From Eledone cirrhosa (lineage: Eukaryota), in the NCBI GenBank assembly GCA_964016885.1, contig OZ024761.1, forward strand, positions 25,110,001-25,174,000: 64,000 nt of DNA, in the 5' to 3' direction. Shown here piece after piece: positions 14,006-30,201 of the stretch. The notes beneath the pieces are model-generated. The model was not told the DNA's origin. It worked only from the letters and a program-made list of their open reading frames with translations, and ran no database searches. Each line of letters opens with the position of its first letter. The stretch's first letter is position 1. The position numbers and the translations under genes are program-made.

Positions 14006-14720
14006 AGTTACGGCGCTTTACAGTACGAGCTCAAATCCCGCCGATGTTAACTTTACCTTTCATTCTTACTGGGTCGATAAAATAAAGTACCAGTAATGCA
14101 CTGGAGTAATTGCTGGCCTTGTGCCAAAAGTAGAAACAATTGATATTTATATTGTTCATATTTTCATTATTTACTAAGGCTTTTGCAGCAGAGAGTTACG
14201 CGCCTTTATAGTCTGAGTTCAAATCCCGCCGAGGTTAACTTTGCCTTTCTTCCTTACGGGGTCGATAGAATAAAGAACCAATCACACACTGGGGTCGATT
14301 TAATTGACTTTCCCTTCCCTGAAAATTGCTGGGCTCGTGCCTAAATTCGAAACCGTTATTACTGAGGGCGGTGAATTGGCAGTATCGGTAAAGGGTCGGA
14401 CGCCATGTTGTGACGCGTGGAGTTACGGCCGTTGCCATTCTGAGTTCAAATCCCGCCTAGGTTAACTTTGCCTTTCTTCCTTACGGGGTCGATAAAATAA
14501 AGTACCAGTAATGTACTGGTGAATTTGCTGGACTTGTGCAAAAAGTAGAAACAATTATTTACTAAGTCTTTTGCAGCATAGAGTTACGCGCCTTTATAGT
14601 CTGAGTTCAAATCCCGCCGAGGTTAACTTTGCTTTTCTTCCTTACGGGGTCGATAAAATAAAGTACCAGTAATGTACTGGGTAATTGCTGGCCTTGTGCC
14701 AAAAGTAGAAATAATTATTA
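14006..14720 (+). mobile_element. head-to-tail cluster of four tRNA-SINEs
   Basis: Four copies of (GAGT)TCAAATCCCGCCGAGGTTAACTTTGCCTTTC..GGGGTCGATAAAATAAAGTACCAG with ATT tails. Confidence 0.9.
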
Positions 14721-14910
14721 CCGAGGTTGATGAATCGTAATGTTAGAGCTGTCATAACCATCTCCAAGTCAAATCTATCCTAAATTGGTTTGAAAAGGAA
14801 TATTAAAGAACGGTTCTTCTGATTTCGATTCGAGCTCCCACTTTTTTTTGTACATCTTTGCTATACATACTTCCTTCCTGAACCTCGTCACAGGATCAGC
14901 TTGAGGTATA

Positions 14911-14988
<78 letters not shown>

Positions 14989-15185
14989 CATATACGTACA
15001 TATCTATGTATACATACACATATATACATATACGTACATATCTATGTATACATACATATATATACATATACGTACATATCTATGTATACATACATATATA
15101 TACATATACGTACATATCTATGTATACATACATATATATACATATACGTACATATATATGTATACATACATATATATACATATAC

Positions 15186-15223
<38 letters not shown>

Positions 15224-15427
15224 GTACATATCTATGTGTACATACACACATATATATATATATACATATACGTATACGTACATATCTATGTGTACATATA
15301 TATATATATATATACATATACGTACATATCTATGTGTACATATATATATATATATATACATATACGTACATATCTATGTATACATACATTATATATATAT
15401 ATATATATATACATATACGTACATATC

Positions 15428-15458
<31 letters not shown>

Positions 15459-15590
15459 TTATTCATATATGTACACATCTATGTATACATACATATATAT
15501 GCATATACGTCGATATCTATGCATACATACATATATACACATATGAATAAATATATATGTGTGTGTGTGCATATACATACATACATACAT

Positions 15591-15633
<43 letters not shown>

Positions 15634-15747
15634 TACAAATATTTACTACGTCATATCCGGTTCACTTTGCAATCATCTAATGCATTATTATTGTTTTTTG
15701 CCAACATTGTTAATCCAGACATGTTACTTGTTAACCTCGTCTTCCAA

Positions 15748-15947
15748 NNNNNNNNNNNNNNNNNNNNNNNNNNNNNNNNNNNNNNNNNNNNNNNNNNNNN
15801 NNNNNNNNNNNNNNNNNNNNNNNNNNNNNNNNNNNNNNNNNNNNNNNNNNNNNNNNNNNNNNNNNNNNNNNNNNNNNNNNNNNNNNNNNNNNNNNNNNNN
15901 NNNNNNNNNNNNNNNNNNNNNNNNNNNNNNNNNNNNNNNNNNNNNNN
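15748..15947. other. assembly gap (200 N)
   Basis: Run of N. Confidence 1.
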
Positions 15948-16205
15948 TATGCTTTTATATATATATATATATATATATACTACATATACTCACACACATG
16001 CATATATAACCATATATATATACATTCACACACGCACATATATATGTATGCATATATATATATATATGCATATAGATATATATACATATACACATATATA
16101 TATATACATATACATACATATATATATATACATATACATATATATATATACATATACATATATATACATACACATATATACATATACGTATATATACATA
16201 TATAC

Positions 16206-16236
<31 letters not shown>

Positions 16237-16391
16237 CATATATACATATATATACATATATACATATATATACATATATATACATATATATACATATATA
16301 TACATATATATATATATACATATATATATATACATATATATATATATACATATATATATATACATATATATATATACATATATATATATAC

Positions 16392-16422
<31 letters not shown>

Positions 16423-16423
16423 C

Positions 16424-16454
<31 letters not shown>

Positions 16455-16615
16455 CTTATATATACATATATATATATACATATATATATATATACTTATA
16501 TATACATATATACTTATATATACATATATACTTATATATACATATATACATATACATATATACATATACATATATATATATATATATACATATATATATA
16601 CATATATATATATAC

Positions 16616-16646
<31 letters not shown>

Positions 16647-17554
16647 CTTATATATATATATACACTTATATATATATATACTTATATATACATATACTTA
16701 TATATACATATACATATATATACATATATATATATACATATATATATATATACTTATATATACATATATACAACCATATATATATATATATATACATACA
16801 TATATATATACATATATAAAACCATATATATATATATATATATACATATATATATAAAACCATATATATATACATATATATATATACAAATATAAAACCA
16901 TATATATATACATACATATAACCATATATATACATACACACACACATATATATATATATATATGCATACATATATATATATGCATACATATATATACATA
17001 CATACACGCATATATACGAGCATCTACTTGCATACGGTTCAAAATAAGAGGATTTCCTAAATTTAACAAAAGCACCTATAGCTAAATGAATCAGAAAGGT
17101 TGGTAACAGTGTATTGAGAAATGTAGAGTCGGAATCAAAAGCCCCTTTATACATTTCAATAGTGTTTTGTGCATGTACTAATTTATGTATGTATATATGT
17201 ATAGATGCATGTATGTATGTACTAATGCATGTAAGTATAGATGCATGTATGTATGTACTTATGTATGTATGTATGTATAGATGCAAGTATGTATGTACTA
17301 ATGTATGTATATATGTAAATGTGTATGTAGGTATGTATATATGTATGTGTATATGCATCTATGTGTATATGTAAGTGTGTATGTATATGTGTATGCATGT
17401 ATCGATGTCTGTGTATACGTAGTATTATACACGTCTTTTCTGTTGAAAATAAATGCGCTGAAGATTTTTCAATGAAGCTATTGAAAACAGTACATACAAA
17501 CCAGACTTTTTCAAAGACATACCTAATAGATAAATTACGCAGTGATGTCTTTAC

Positions 17555-17594
<40 letters not shown>

Positions 17595-17734
17595 TATATA
17601 TATATTATATATATATATATATATATTATATATATTATATATATATATTATATATATTATATATATATATTATATATATTATATATATATATATATATAT
17701 TATATATATTATATATATATATATTATATATATA

Positions 17735-17777
<43 letters not shown>

Positions 17778-17817
17778 TATATATATATATATTATATATA
17801 TATATATATTATATATA

Positions 17818-17864
<47 letters not shown>

Positions 17865-18063
17865 ATATATATTATATATATATATATATTATATATATAT
17901 ATTATATATATATATATATATTATATATTTTATATATATATATAATATATTAAAATAACAGATTAAAGTTTAAAGCAATATATATATATATAGATATATA
18001 CATATACATATATACATATATACAAACATACATACATACATACATAAATATATATATACATAT

Positions 18064-18126
<63 letters not shown>

Positions 18127-18175
18127 TATATACACACATATACAGTCATATACACAGGCACACAGATACAGACAC

Positions 18176-18218
<43 letters not shown>

Positions 18219-18564
18219 ATGACTGAATCAATGAAAGAACGAGTTAAATGAGATTGTTTGTAATGACGTACTACATTTGTTTGGCACAGGTTTTAGCTGC
18301 GTGATGTGTAACAGGAATTAACGAGTTTATATATGCTGTGCTACTGCAGGGGTTCCGGTTTCTATTTCACGTCGTGTCCCATTAAGCAAGCCTCTTGGTA
18401 ATATATATACATTACCATGTCTTAGCTGTAGAGACTGTCACCCTTTCTCCTTCTCAATTTCTTTCTTTCGTTGATTAATTATCTTTGACGATTTTAATTA
18501 ACGTGCGTTAATTAAAATGTAATATATTTAACCGTTTTGGATTTTCTTTATCAATGTAGTGTTT

Positions 18565-18614
<50 letters not shown>

Positions 18615-18617
<3 letters not shown>

Positions 18618-18806
18618 GGAAAAAAGGCAGAACACCGACGGCAGAGCTCAAGCCGTTTCGTCAGCTATTTCCAGAAATAGCCGTCGAAACGGCTTGAGCT
18701 CTGACGTCGGATTTAACTGTTTTCCTATTACCCACTCTACTACCCATAGTATCGAGTACTCTGGGCTTTTATGGTCCACCTGGTTCCTTACACACTTCCT
18801 TTGTTA
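18615..18806 (+). mobile_element. family F hairpin element (duplicate of 6993-7184)
   Basis: Matches copy 1. Confidence 0.6.
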
Positions 18807-19156
18807 TATATATATATATATATAAATGATGTATTAAAACATAATAGATATGTTTCGAATATTATGTTTCTCAATAAGTAAGTTCAATAGACTTTATCTA
18901 GAACCATAATAAACCCATTGAAAGATATATGTTTATATATAGAGAAAGGGCCATATATCGTAAGATAAACACGGTATATTGTATAAATACCAAATTGTAA
19001 GAAGAACCTTACTATAAGGTTTCACTTACGTTGCCATTTATGTAGATATTCTTCTATTGACTATGTATTTGGTTTATACAATATACCGTGTTCTTTTTAA
19101 TGATATATGGCTCTTTCTCTCTCTATATAAACATATATCTTTTAATTTGGTTTTAC

Positions 19157-19194
<38 letters not shown>

Positions 19195-19410
19195 GAAATT
19201 TAGTTTATATCAGTTTACTTAATAATAGTGCTTACAGATATTTTCCTTTCCTACGCGATACTTGTAACTTCTGTTTGCTCTTTCACATACCTTACGCACA
19301 CACCTTCCCCTCTTAGAATATATATATATATATATATACAGACACAAATAAATATATATATACATACATAATGAAATACATATATTTATATGTATATATT
19401 CCTAAATAAG

Positions 19411-19907
19411 TCTTTATATATAAAGTTGTATTCCTGTCTGTTTGTTTGTTCACGAATTCCTCCGATGTTTATGGTCATAGATCCCTATAACCATATATAT
19501 TCTGAGACTACATTGCCCAAGGTACTTGTATAAGTATATTTCATTTTAATCAAAGGGTTCCCCGGGGGCACAAACACCCGCTGAATTTTTTTTTCCCTTC
19601 GATTTATATGAAATATAAACCATGGGTAAATGACAAGATATGATGCCTATTCACAAAAGTTTTGAATTGATAATTTGAAAAAAATTATTTACAAGAAACA
19701 AAATAAGAATAATATTTAATAATGTAATTTTGATTTGAAATATTACAAAAACTAATGTTTTCCAATTTGTCATTCATTACGTTTTACATCGAGTAATATT
19801 GAAATGCAAAATTTTTCTCCTTAAATTATACCAATGATTTAAAATCAATCATTATTTTCTTACAAAAAAAAAAAGTGAAACGCAGCAAGGCGCAGGTAAT
19901 TCGGCTA

Positions 19908-19908
<1 letters not shown>
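19411..19908 (+). mobile_element. non-autonomous Helitron-like element (SINE-free)
   Basis: TC...CTAG|T termini; duplicate of 7791-8416 minus 128 bp. Confidence 0.6.
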
Positions 19909-19946
<38 letters not shown>

Positions 19947-20254
19947 TACGTACATATATGTGTGTGTGTGTGTGTGTGTGTATGTTTGTGACTGTGGAGA
20001 TACACACATTCACACAACCAGAATCAGTGACAGAGACACATATATGTATTTATTTTATTGATCTTTCACTACAATTAGTTTGACTTTAATTACTACAGAA
20101 ATAGCTATGCAATACAATTGAGTACCCACTACCACAACCAACACCACTAATAACACCATCAACTCCCCCGCCAGCAGCATCACTACCGCGGCGTACACCG
20201 TCACCAACATTACCACCATTGCCACCATTGCCACTACCGACATCACCAACACGA

Positions 20255-22780
20255 CCACCAACACCATCACACACCACCATTACCACTACCAACACCACCA
20301 TCACCATCACACACCACCATTACCACTGCCAACACCACCATCACACACCACCATTACCACTGCCAACACCACCATCATAACACCACCATTACCACTACCA
20401 TTACACACCACCATTACCACTACCAACACCACCAACACCATCACACACCACCATTACCACTGCCAACACCACCATCATAACACCACCATTACCACTACCA
20501 TTACACACCACCATTACCACTACCAACACCACCAACACCATCACACACCACCATTACCACTACCAACACCATCACACACCACCATTACCACTACCAACAC
20601 CATCACACACCACCATTACCACTACCAACACCACCATCACCATCACACACCACCATTACCACTACCAACACCACCAACACCATCACACACCACCATTACC
20701 AACACCACCATCATAACACCACCATTACCACTACCAACACCATCACACACCACCATTACCACTACCAACACCACCAACACCATCACACACCACCATTACC
20801 ACTGCCAACACCACCATCATAACACCACCATTACCACTACCAACACCATCACACACCACCATTACCACTACCAACACCACCAACACCATCACACACCACC
20901 ATTACCACTGCCAACACCACCATCATAACACCACCATTACCACTACCATTACACACCACCATTACCACTACCAACACCACCAACACCATCACACACCACC
21001 ATTACCACTACCAACACCATCACACACCACCATTACCACTACCAACACCATTACACACCACCATTACCACTACCAACACCACCAACACCATCACACACCA
21101 CCATTACCACTACCAACACCATCACACACCACCATTACCACTACCAACACCATCACACACCACCATTACCACTACCAACACCACCATCACCATCACACAC
21201 CACCATTACCACTACCAACACCACCAACACCATCACACACCACCATTACCAACACCACCATCATAACACCACCATTACCACTACCAACACCATCACACAC
21301 CACCATTACCACTACCAACACCACCAACACCATCACACACCACCATTACCACTACCAACACCACCATCACACACCACCATTACCACTGCCAACACCACCA
21401 TCATAACACCACCATTACCACTACCAACACCATCACACACCACCATTACCACTACCAACACCACCATCACACACCACCATTACCAACACCACCAACACCA
21501 TCACACACCACCATTACCAACACCACCATCACACACCACCATTACCACTGCCAACACCACCATCATAACACCACCATTACCACTGCCAACACCACCATCA
21601 TAACACCACCATTACCACTACCAACACCATCACACACCACCATTACCACTACCAACACCACCATCACCATCACACACCACCATTACCACTACCAACACCA
21701 CCATCACACACCACCATTACCAACACCACCAACACCATCACACACCACCATTACCACTGCCAACACCACCATCACACACCGCCATTACCACTGCCAACAC
21801 CACCATCACACACCACCATTACCACTACCAACAACACCATCACACACCACCATTACCACTACCAACACCACCATCACAACACCACCATTACCACTACCAA
21901 CACCACCATCACCATCACACACCACCATTACCACTACCAACACCACCAACACCATCACACACCACCATTACCACTACCAACACCACCAACACCATCACAC
22001 ACCACCATTACCACTACCAACACCACCATCACACACCACCATTACCACTACCAACACCACCATCACACACCACCATTACCAACACCACCAACACCATCAC
22101 ACACCACCATTACCACTGCCAACACCACCATCACACACCACCATTACCACTACCAACACACACCACCATTACCACTGCCAACACCACCATCATAACACCA
22201 CCATTACCACTGCCAACACCACCATCACACACCACCATTACCACTACCAACACCACCATCACACACCACCATCACACACCACCATTACCACTGCCAACAC
22301 CACCATCATAACACCACCATTACCACTACCAACACCATCACACACCACCATTACCACTACCAACACCACCATCACCATCACACACCACCATTACCACTAC
22401 CAACACCACCATCACACACCACCATTACCAACACCACCAACACCATCACACACCACCATTACCACTGCCAACACCATCACACACCACCATTACCACTACC
22501 AACACCACCAACACCATCACACACCACCATTACCACTACCAACACCACCATCACACACCACCATTACCACTACCAACACCACCATCACACACCACCATTA
22601 CCACTACCAACACCACCATCACACACCACCATTACCACTACCAACACCACCATCACACACCACCATTACCACTACCAACACCACCAACACCATCACACAC
22701 CACCATTACCACTACCAACACCACCAACACCATCACACACTACCATTACCACTACCAACACCACCAACAGCAACCCTAAC
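20255..22780 (+). repeat. CAC-rich minisatellite (longer version of 8760-10980)
   Basis: Direct inspection. Confidence 0.95.
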
Positions 22781-24195
22781 ACCTACAACACCACCGTTGC
22801 AACTACCAACACATCACCAACACCACCAAAAACACCATCAACACCACCACTAACACCAACACCGCCAACACCACCAGCGCCAACACCACCGCCATAAACA
22901 CCGCCAACACCATCACCATAAACACCACCACCAACGCCAGCACCAGCATCGCCAACACCACCGCCAACACCGTCACCATACACACCACCGCCAACACCAC
23001 CACAAACACCGTCACCATACACCTCACCGCCAACACACCTCCGCTGCTGCCCACACTCCGACAGTATCTCTGACCTTTCTCAATGATTAAAGACCAAACC
23101 AACCAACTGACTAAAACCTCGCTAACTTTAAAACTACTTTACTATTCTGTTACACACAAATGCACAGTCACAGTCACACACACACACTCACACACACACA
23201 CGCATGCATACAGACAGACACCCACACACAGGCAGGCAGGCATAAGACAGACAGACACACACACACACACGCAGGCAGGCATACATACAGACACACACAC
23301 ACAGTCAGGCAGGCATAAGACAGACAGACAGACAGACACACACACACAGGCAGGCAGGTATACATACATACAGACAGGCAGACAGACAGACAGACAGACA
23401 GACAGCCAGACAGACAGACACACACACACATACATACACACACACACATCACTCCTCAACACACACACACACCAATGCATGCACATAGAAACTCACTCTC
23501 TCTGTCTCTCTCTCCTTCTCTCCTGTAAATACATCTCTCCACCCAATAACATCATCAAGTAGAGTATATATATCACCAACTAGAACACACCACCACCACA
23601 CCAACACACCAACCCTGGCCTACTACTACACACCACCACCACCACACCAACACCACCCACCATCATCAACTAAAACACACCACCACCATCATCACCACCC
23701 CACCAACAAACCCCCACCATCACCAACTACAACACACCACCACCACCTCCACCGCCGCACCAACACACCCCGACCTTCAACAACTACAACACACCACCAC
23801 CACCATCACACCAACACCCCCCCACCATCATCAACTAGAACACCCCACCACTACACCAATACCCTCACCCACTACAACCCCCCCCCCCAACCATCACCGA
23901 CTAGAACACACCGCCACCACCACACAAACACACCACCACCATCACCAACTACAACACACACCACCACCACCCTAGCCTACTACAACACACACCCCCGCCC
24001 TACTACAACACACCACCACCACCCTACTACAACACACCACCACCAGAGACCAGGAGGCGACACGAATGTCTAGTTCAGTCTTTCTATTTCACTAACTACT
24101 TTATACGGCAGCTATAGAATCTGAGTGCATCTGTATATATATTTGTGGATATATATATATATATATATATATACATGTGTGTATATAGAAGTGCA

Positions 24196-24242
<47 letters not shown>

Positions 24243-24423
24243 TTTACGTATCGAGAGAGAATAGATATATATTTGTAAATGTAGAAATGCATGTGAATAT
24301 GTATGAGTGCATGTGTGTGTGTATATATATACATACAGACTTTTATACACACATTTATACACAAACTTACATAAACATATGCAGTCGTATATACATACAT
24401 ATATATATATATATATGTATGTC

Positions 24424-24473
<50 letters not shown>

Positions 24474-24883
24474 TCCGTGTGTAAAATAAAGAAAGCATCA
24501 ACTTTCCTGGCGTGACATTCATTCATTAACGAACACGATCTTTTCATTAGACAACGACCTCTACGCATGCGTGAATGTCTGTAGTTTTTGCCTGTCACGT
24601 GGTTTATATATGACCCAGTCACCTCCCAACTGACTAGGCTCTTTTTTGTCTCTGTCATTCACACGTAAATCCCTGCCTCAGCGTTTGCATTCTAACGTTA
24701 GCTCAACGATACAAAATCACACATGCTGGGGTCCATGTTGATTCACTGTATTAATATCACCAATCTCTAGGCCAGTGACTCCCAACGTGGAGCGAACCCC
24801 CAACAGGGAGGCAATGTGAATAATTAAGGGGGCCATTTGAAAATGGTGTTAATGAGAACAAACCTCAGGTTTTACTTTCTTAC

Positions 24884-25514
24884 TGTTACACCAAGTAAAC
24901 TTCGGTACATATTACTGTCAGAAACTCCTGTCTCACCTCCTCCATATATTATTGCACATTTGGCACCATCTACACCAAGGCAACTTTGGTACACATTACT
25001 GTCAGAAACTCTTATCTCACCTCCATATATTATTGTACATTTGGCACCATCTATACCAAGGCAACTTTGGTACACATTACTGTCAGAAACTCTTATCTCA
25101 CCTCCATATATTATTGTACATTTGGCACCATCTATACCAAGGCAACTTTGGTACAAATTACTGTCAGAAACTCCTTTCTCACCTCCTTCATATATTATTG
25201 TACACTTGGCACCATCTATACCTAGGCAACTTTGGTACACATTACTGTCAGAAACTCCTTTCTCACCTCCTTCATATATTATTGTACATTTGGCACCATC
25301 TGCACCAAGGCAACTTTGGTACAAATTACTGTCAGAAACTATTATTTCACCTCCTCCATATATTATTGTACATTTGGCACCATCTACACCGGGGTGCTTT
25401 GGTACACATTACTGTCAGTAACTCTTATCTCACCTCCTCCATATATTATTGTACATTTAGCACCATCTACACCAGGGTACTTTGGTACACATTATCTCCA
25501 AAAATCCTGTCTCA
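24884..25514 (+). repeat. 81/84-bp minisatellite (duplicate)
   Basis: Same array as 13165-13795. Confidence 0.93.
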
Positions 25515-25724
25515 CCGGGATTACAGTGGCTTTTGTGTGCTATCTCCAAGTGTAAACATTGGAATCGCCTAAGCTTTGAGGAATTTATTATGTTTTTTTA
25601 TCAAACATTTATATTCGTAATCTTTGTCATAAAATTTATTTTACACAAAAACACTATCGCCCTGTATCACATTTACTGTCTCCTAAATATGAGCACTGTG
25701 TGGCTAATGAAGAAAGTAATAAAC

Positions 25725-26442
25725 AGTTACGGCGCTTTACAGTACGAGCTCAAATCCCGCCGATGTTAACTTTACCTTTCATTCTTACGGGGTCGATAAA
25801 ATAAAGTACCAGTAATGCACTGGAGTAATTGCTGGCCTTGTGCCAAAAGTAGAAACAATTGATATTTATATTGTTCATATTTTCATTATTTACTAAGGCT
25901 TTTGCAGCAGAGAGTTACGCGCCTTTATAGTCTGAGTTCAAATCCCGCCGAGGTTAACTTTGCCTTTCTTCCTTACGGGGTCGATAGAATAAAGAACCAA
26001 TCACACACTGGGGTCGATTTAATTGACTTTCCCTGCCCTGAAAATTGCTGGCCTCGTGCCAAAATTCGAAACCGTTATTATTACTGAGGGCGGTGAATTG
26101 GCAGTATCGGTAAAGGGTCGGACGCCATGTTGTGACGCGTGGAGTTACGGCCGTTGCCATTCTGAGTTCAAATCCCGCCTAGGTTAACTTTGCCTTTCTT
26201 CCTTACGGGGTCGATAAAATAAAGTACCAGTAATGTACTGGTGAATTTGCTGGACTTGTGCAAAAAGTAGAAGCAATTATTTACTAAGTCTTTTGCAGCA
26301 TAGAGTTACGCGCCTTTATAGTCTGAGTTCAAATCCCGCCGAGGTTAACTTTGCGTTTCTTCCTTACGGGGTCGATAAAATAAAGTACCAGTAATGTACT
26401 GTTTAATTGCTGGCCTTGTGCCAAAAGTAGAAATAATTATTA
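25725..26442 (+). mobile_element. four-SINE cluster (duplicate)
   Basis: Same as 14006-14720 with a few substitutions. Confidence 0.9.
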
Positions 26443-26625
26443 CCGAGGTTGATGAATCGTAATGTTAGAGCTGTCATAACCATCTCCAAGTCAAATCTAT
26501 CCTAAATTGGTTTGAACAGGAATATTAAAGAACGGTTCTTCTGATTTCGATTCGAGCTCCCACTTTTTTTTGTACATCTTTGCTATACATACTTCCTTCC
26601 TGAACCTCGTCACAGGATCAGCTTG

Positions 26626-26682
<57 letters not shown>

Positions 26683-26882
26683 CATATACGTACATATCTA
26701 TGTATACATACACATATATACATATACGTACATATCTATGTATACATACATATACATATACGTACATATCTATGTATACATACATATATATACATATACG
26801 TACATATATATATATATATACGTACATATCTATGTGTACATACACACATATATATATATATATATACATATACGTACATATC

Positions 26883-26926
<44 letters not shown>

Positions 26927-26989
26927 CGTACATATATATATATATATATACATATATACATATACGTACATATCTATGTATACATACAT

Positions 26990-27021
<32 letters not shown>

Positions 27022-27208
27022 CGTACATATCTATGTATATATACATATATATATATATATTTATTCATATATGTACACATCTATGTATACATACATATAT
27101 ATGCATATACGTAGATATCTATGCATACATACATATATACACATATGAATAAATATATATGTGTGTGTGTGCATATACATACATACATACATACATACAT
27201 ACATACAT

Positions 27209-27245
<37 letters not shown>

Positions 27246-27364
27246 TACAAATATTTACTACGTCATATCCGGTTCACTTTGCAATCATCTAATGCATTAT
27301 TATTGTTTTTTGCCAACATTGTTAATCCAGACATGTTACTTGTTAACCTCGTCTTCCAATTGTA

Positions 27365-28620
27365 CATCTTCACCTTACCATGTAGTACAGTATCTCTCTA
27401 CCACTACAACCACCACCAACACCACATTCTTCACCTTACCATGTAGTACAGTATCTCTCTACCACTACAACCACCACCAACACCACATTCTTCACCTTAC
27501 CATGTAGTACAGTATCTCTCTACCAGTACAACCACCACCAACACCACATTCTTCACCTTACCATGTAGTACAGTATCTCTACCACTACAACCACCACCAA
27601 CACCACATTCTTCACCTTACCATGTAGTACAGTTTCTCTCTACCACTACAACCACCACCAACACCACATTTTTCACCTTAACATGTAGTACAGTATCTCT
27701 CTACCACTACAACCACCACCAACACCACGTTCTTCACCTTACCATGTAGTACAATATCTCTCTACCACTACAACCACCACCAACACCACATTCTTCACCT
27801 TACCATGTAGTACAGTATCTCTCTACCACTACAACCACCACAAACACCACATTCTTCACCTTACCATGTAGTACAGTATCTCTCTACCACTTCAACCACC
27901 ACCAACACCACATTCTTCACCTTACCATGTAGTACAATATCTCTCTACCACTACAACCACCACCAACACCACGTTCTTCACCTTACCATGTAGTACATTA
28001 TCTCTCTACCACTACAACCACCACCAACACCACATTCTTCACCTTACCGTGTAGTACAATATCTCTCTACCACTACAACCACCACCAACACCACATTCTT
28101 CACCTTACCATGTAGTACAGTATCTCTCTACCACTACAACCACCACCAACACCACGTTCTTCACCTTACCATGTAGTACAGTATCTCTCTACCACTACAA
28201 CCACCACCAACACCACATTCCTTCACCTTACCATGTAGTACAGTATCTCTCTACCACTACAACCACCACCAACACCACATTCCTTCACCTTACCATGTAG
28301 TACAGTATCTCTCTACCACTACAACCACCACCAACACCACATTCCTTCACCTTACCATGTAGTACAGTATCTCTCTACCACTACAACCACCACCAACACC
28401 ACGTTCTTCACCTTACCATGTAGTACAGTATCTCTACCACTACAACCACCACCAACACCACATTCTTCACCTTACCATGTAGTACAGTATCTCTCTACCA
28501 CTACAACCACCACCAACACCACATTCTTCACCTTACCATGTAGTACAGTATCTACATACCACTACAACCACCACCAACACCACATTCTTCACCTTACCAT
28601 GTAGTACAATATCTCGACCA
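27365..28620 (+). repeat. 61-bp minisatellite, ~20 copies
   Basis: Unit CATTCTTCACCTTACCATGTAGTACAGTATCTCTCTACCACTACAACCACCACCAACACCA. Confidence 0.96.
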
Positions 28621-30162
28621 CCACCACTATCACATACTACCACCACCACCCCCACTACCACTATCACAGACTCTGCCCCCACCACCACCGACTCTGCCCC
28701 CACCACCACCACTATCACTGATTCTACCATCACTACTACCACTAGTAATACTACCTTTAACAATACTACTACTACTACTATTAGTACCACCACTACAACA
28801 CCCCCTCCTCATCACATCCTCTTTGCACAAGTTTCCTCCACAACCCCACTCTGCACTGCCCCCCCCACCACCACCACCTCTCCGTATATCTCAGAATATA
28901 TTTAATTTCTTGGAGTGATTTCTTAAGCAAATAATATTGGAATGTATTTGCCATCATGTACACACACACACACTTGCATACAGACACATAAACATACGCA
29001 CACACCACACACGTATATATATATATATTAATATATATATATATACACATACGTGTGTGTATATGTATATTTCATGTTTTTTGTTCAGCCAATCTATCTA
29101 TATATGTATATATATATATATTTATATATATATATATATATATAAATATATATATATTTATATATATATAAATATATATCGATAGCTAGATAGATACATA
29201 CATATATATGTAATATATATATATATATGTATATATACACACACACAAAAACGCATATATAGAAACATCTCTTTCTCTCTCTCTATATATATGGTTTTCT
29301 GTGTGTGTGTTTATATACGTGTGTGTTTTGCTATTTATTCTCTAAATATTATGGTATTTTTTCTCCAATTGATCTCTTAGTCATGTCTGGTTAGTTTTAG
29401 TTCCAACCTTGGATTCTTCGATTTCTTGAAGGGCCTTAGACACACACAAACAGTTTTTTAGATGATTAAGTCTTCTATTTTACGGACATACATAACACAC
29501 TGACGAATCTCGTTACACTGAAACACATCTACACACAAACACAGAAAACTACAGACAAACAGACGCATACAAACATACGAAATTACACATGGATATACAC
29601 TTACAGACATCTAAACAAACAACCACACCTTACACACATTATATATATACATGGTGGCTGCCAACTTGTTTTCGAGTATGGCCACAACTTTATATCCATG
29701 TAGGAGAACCCCTACCGATGCGCTGAACGAGTGTGAATTTTTAGTCCAGTCAGCGACTTGAAAACTCTGGTACGAACACTACACTTGTGACAATTACTGA
29801 CACATAGTGCTGGGCCCATGGTACCATGTGACGACAAGTGCAGAGAGATCTCCAGATATAAAGCAATGCCTGTGCCGTGAAGCTTTTATAGTGAGCAAAG
29901 GCACTGCACAAAGCCAGTCCCACTCTCTTAACCAAGATGATATTTACCAAAAAGAAGAACAAGTCAACATCATTGGATACCATCAGGGTTGCAGGTGTTA
30001 GATCAGAGTTTTCCTTCTCCTAGATTTCTGCCTTGACAATATATACATACATGCATATATACATATTTACATCCATACATACATAAATATATACATATAT
30101 ACATACATATTACATAGATACATACATACTTACTTACATAGATACATATATACATATACGCA

Positions 30163-30201
<39 letters not shown>

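Larger units (their letters stand above)
4190..15747 (+). repeat. copy 1 of ~11.5 kb duplicated block
   Basis: Collinear and near-identical to 15948-27359 in all unique segments. Confidence 0.95.
15948..27359 (+). repeat. copy 2 of ~11.5 kb duplicated block
   Basis: Collinear with 4190-15747; continues into sequence absent from copy 1. Confidence 0.95.

Noticed and set aside
27365-28620. CRISPR-like regular repeat
   Set aside because: No unique spacers; plain tandem repeat in eukaryotic DNA
29500-29535. CTGACGA..GAAA hammerhead-like motif
   Set aside because: Stems I, II and III cannot pair
29750-30001. Possible decayed LINE 3' coding remnant
   Set aside because: Only a vague resemblance by eye; needs tBLASTn or Dfam
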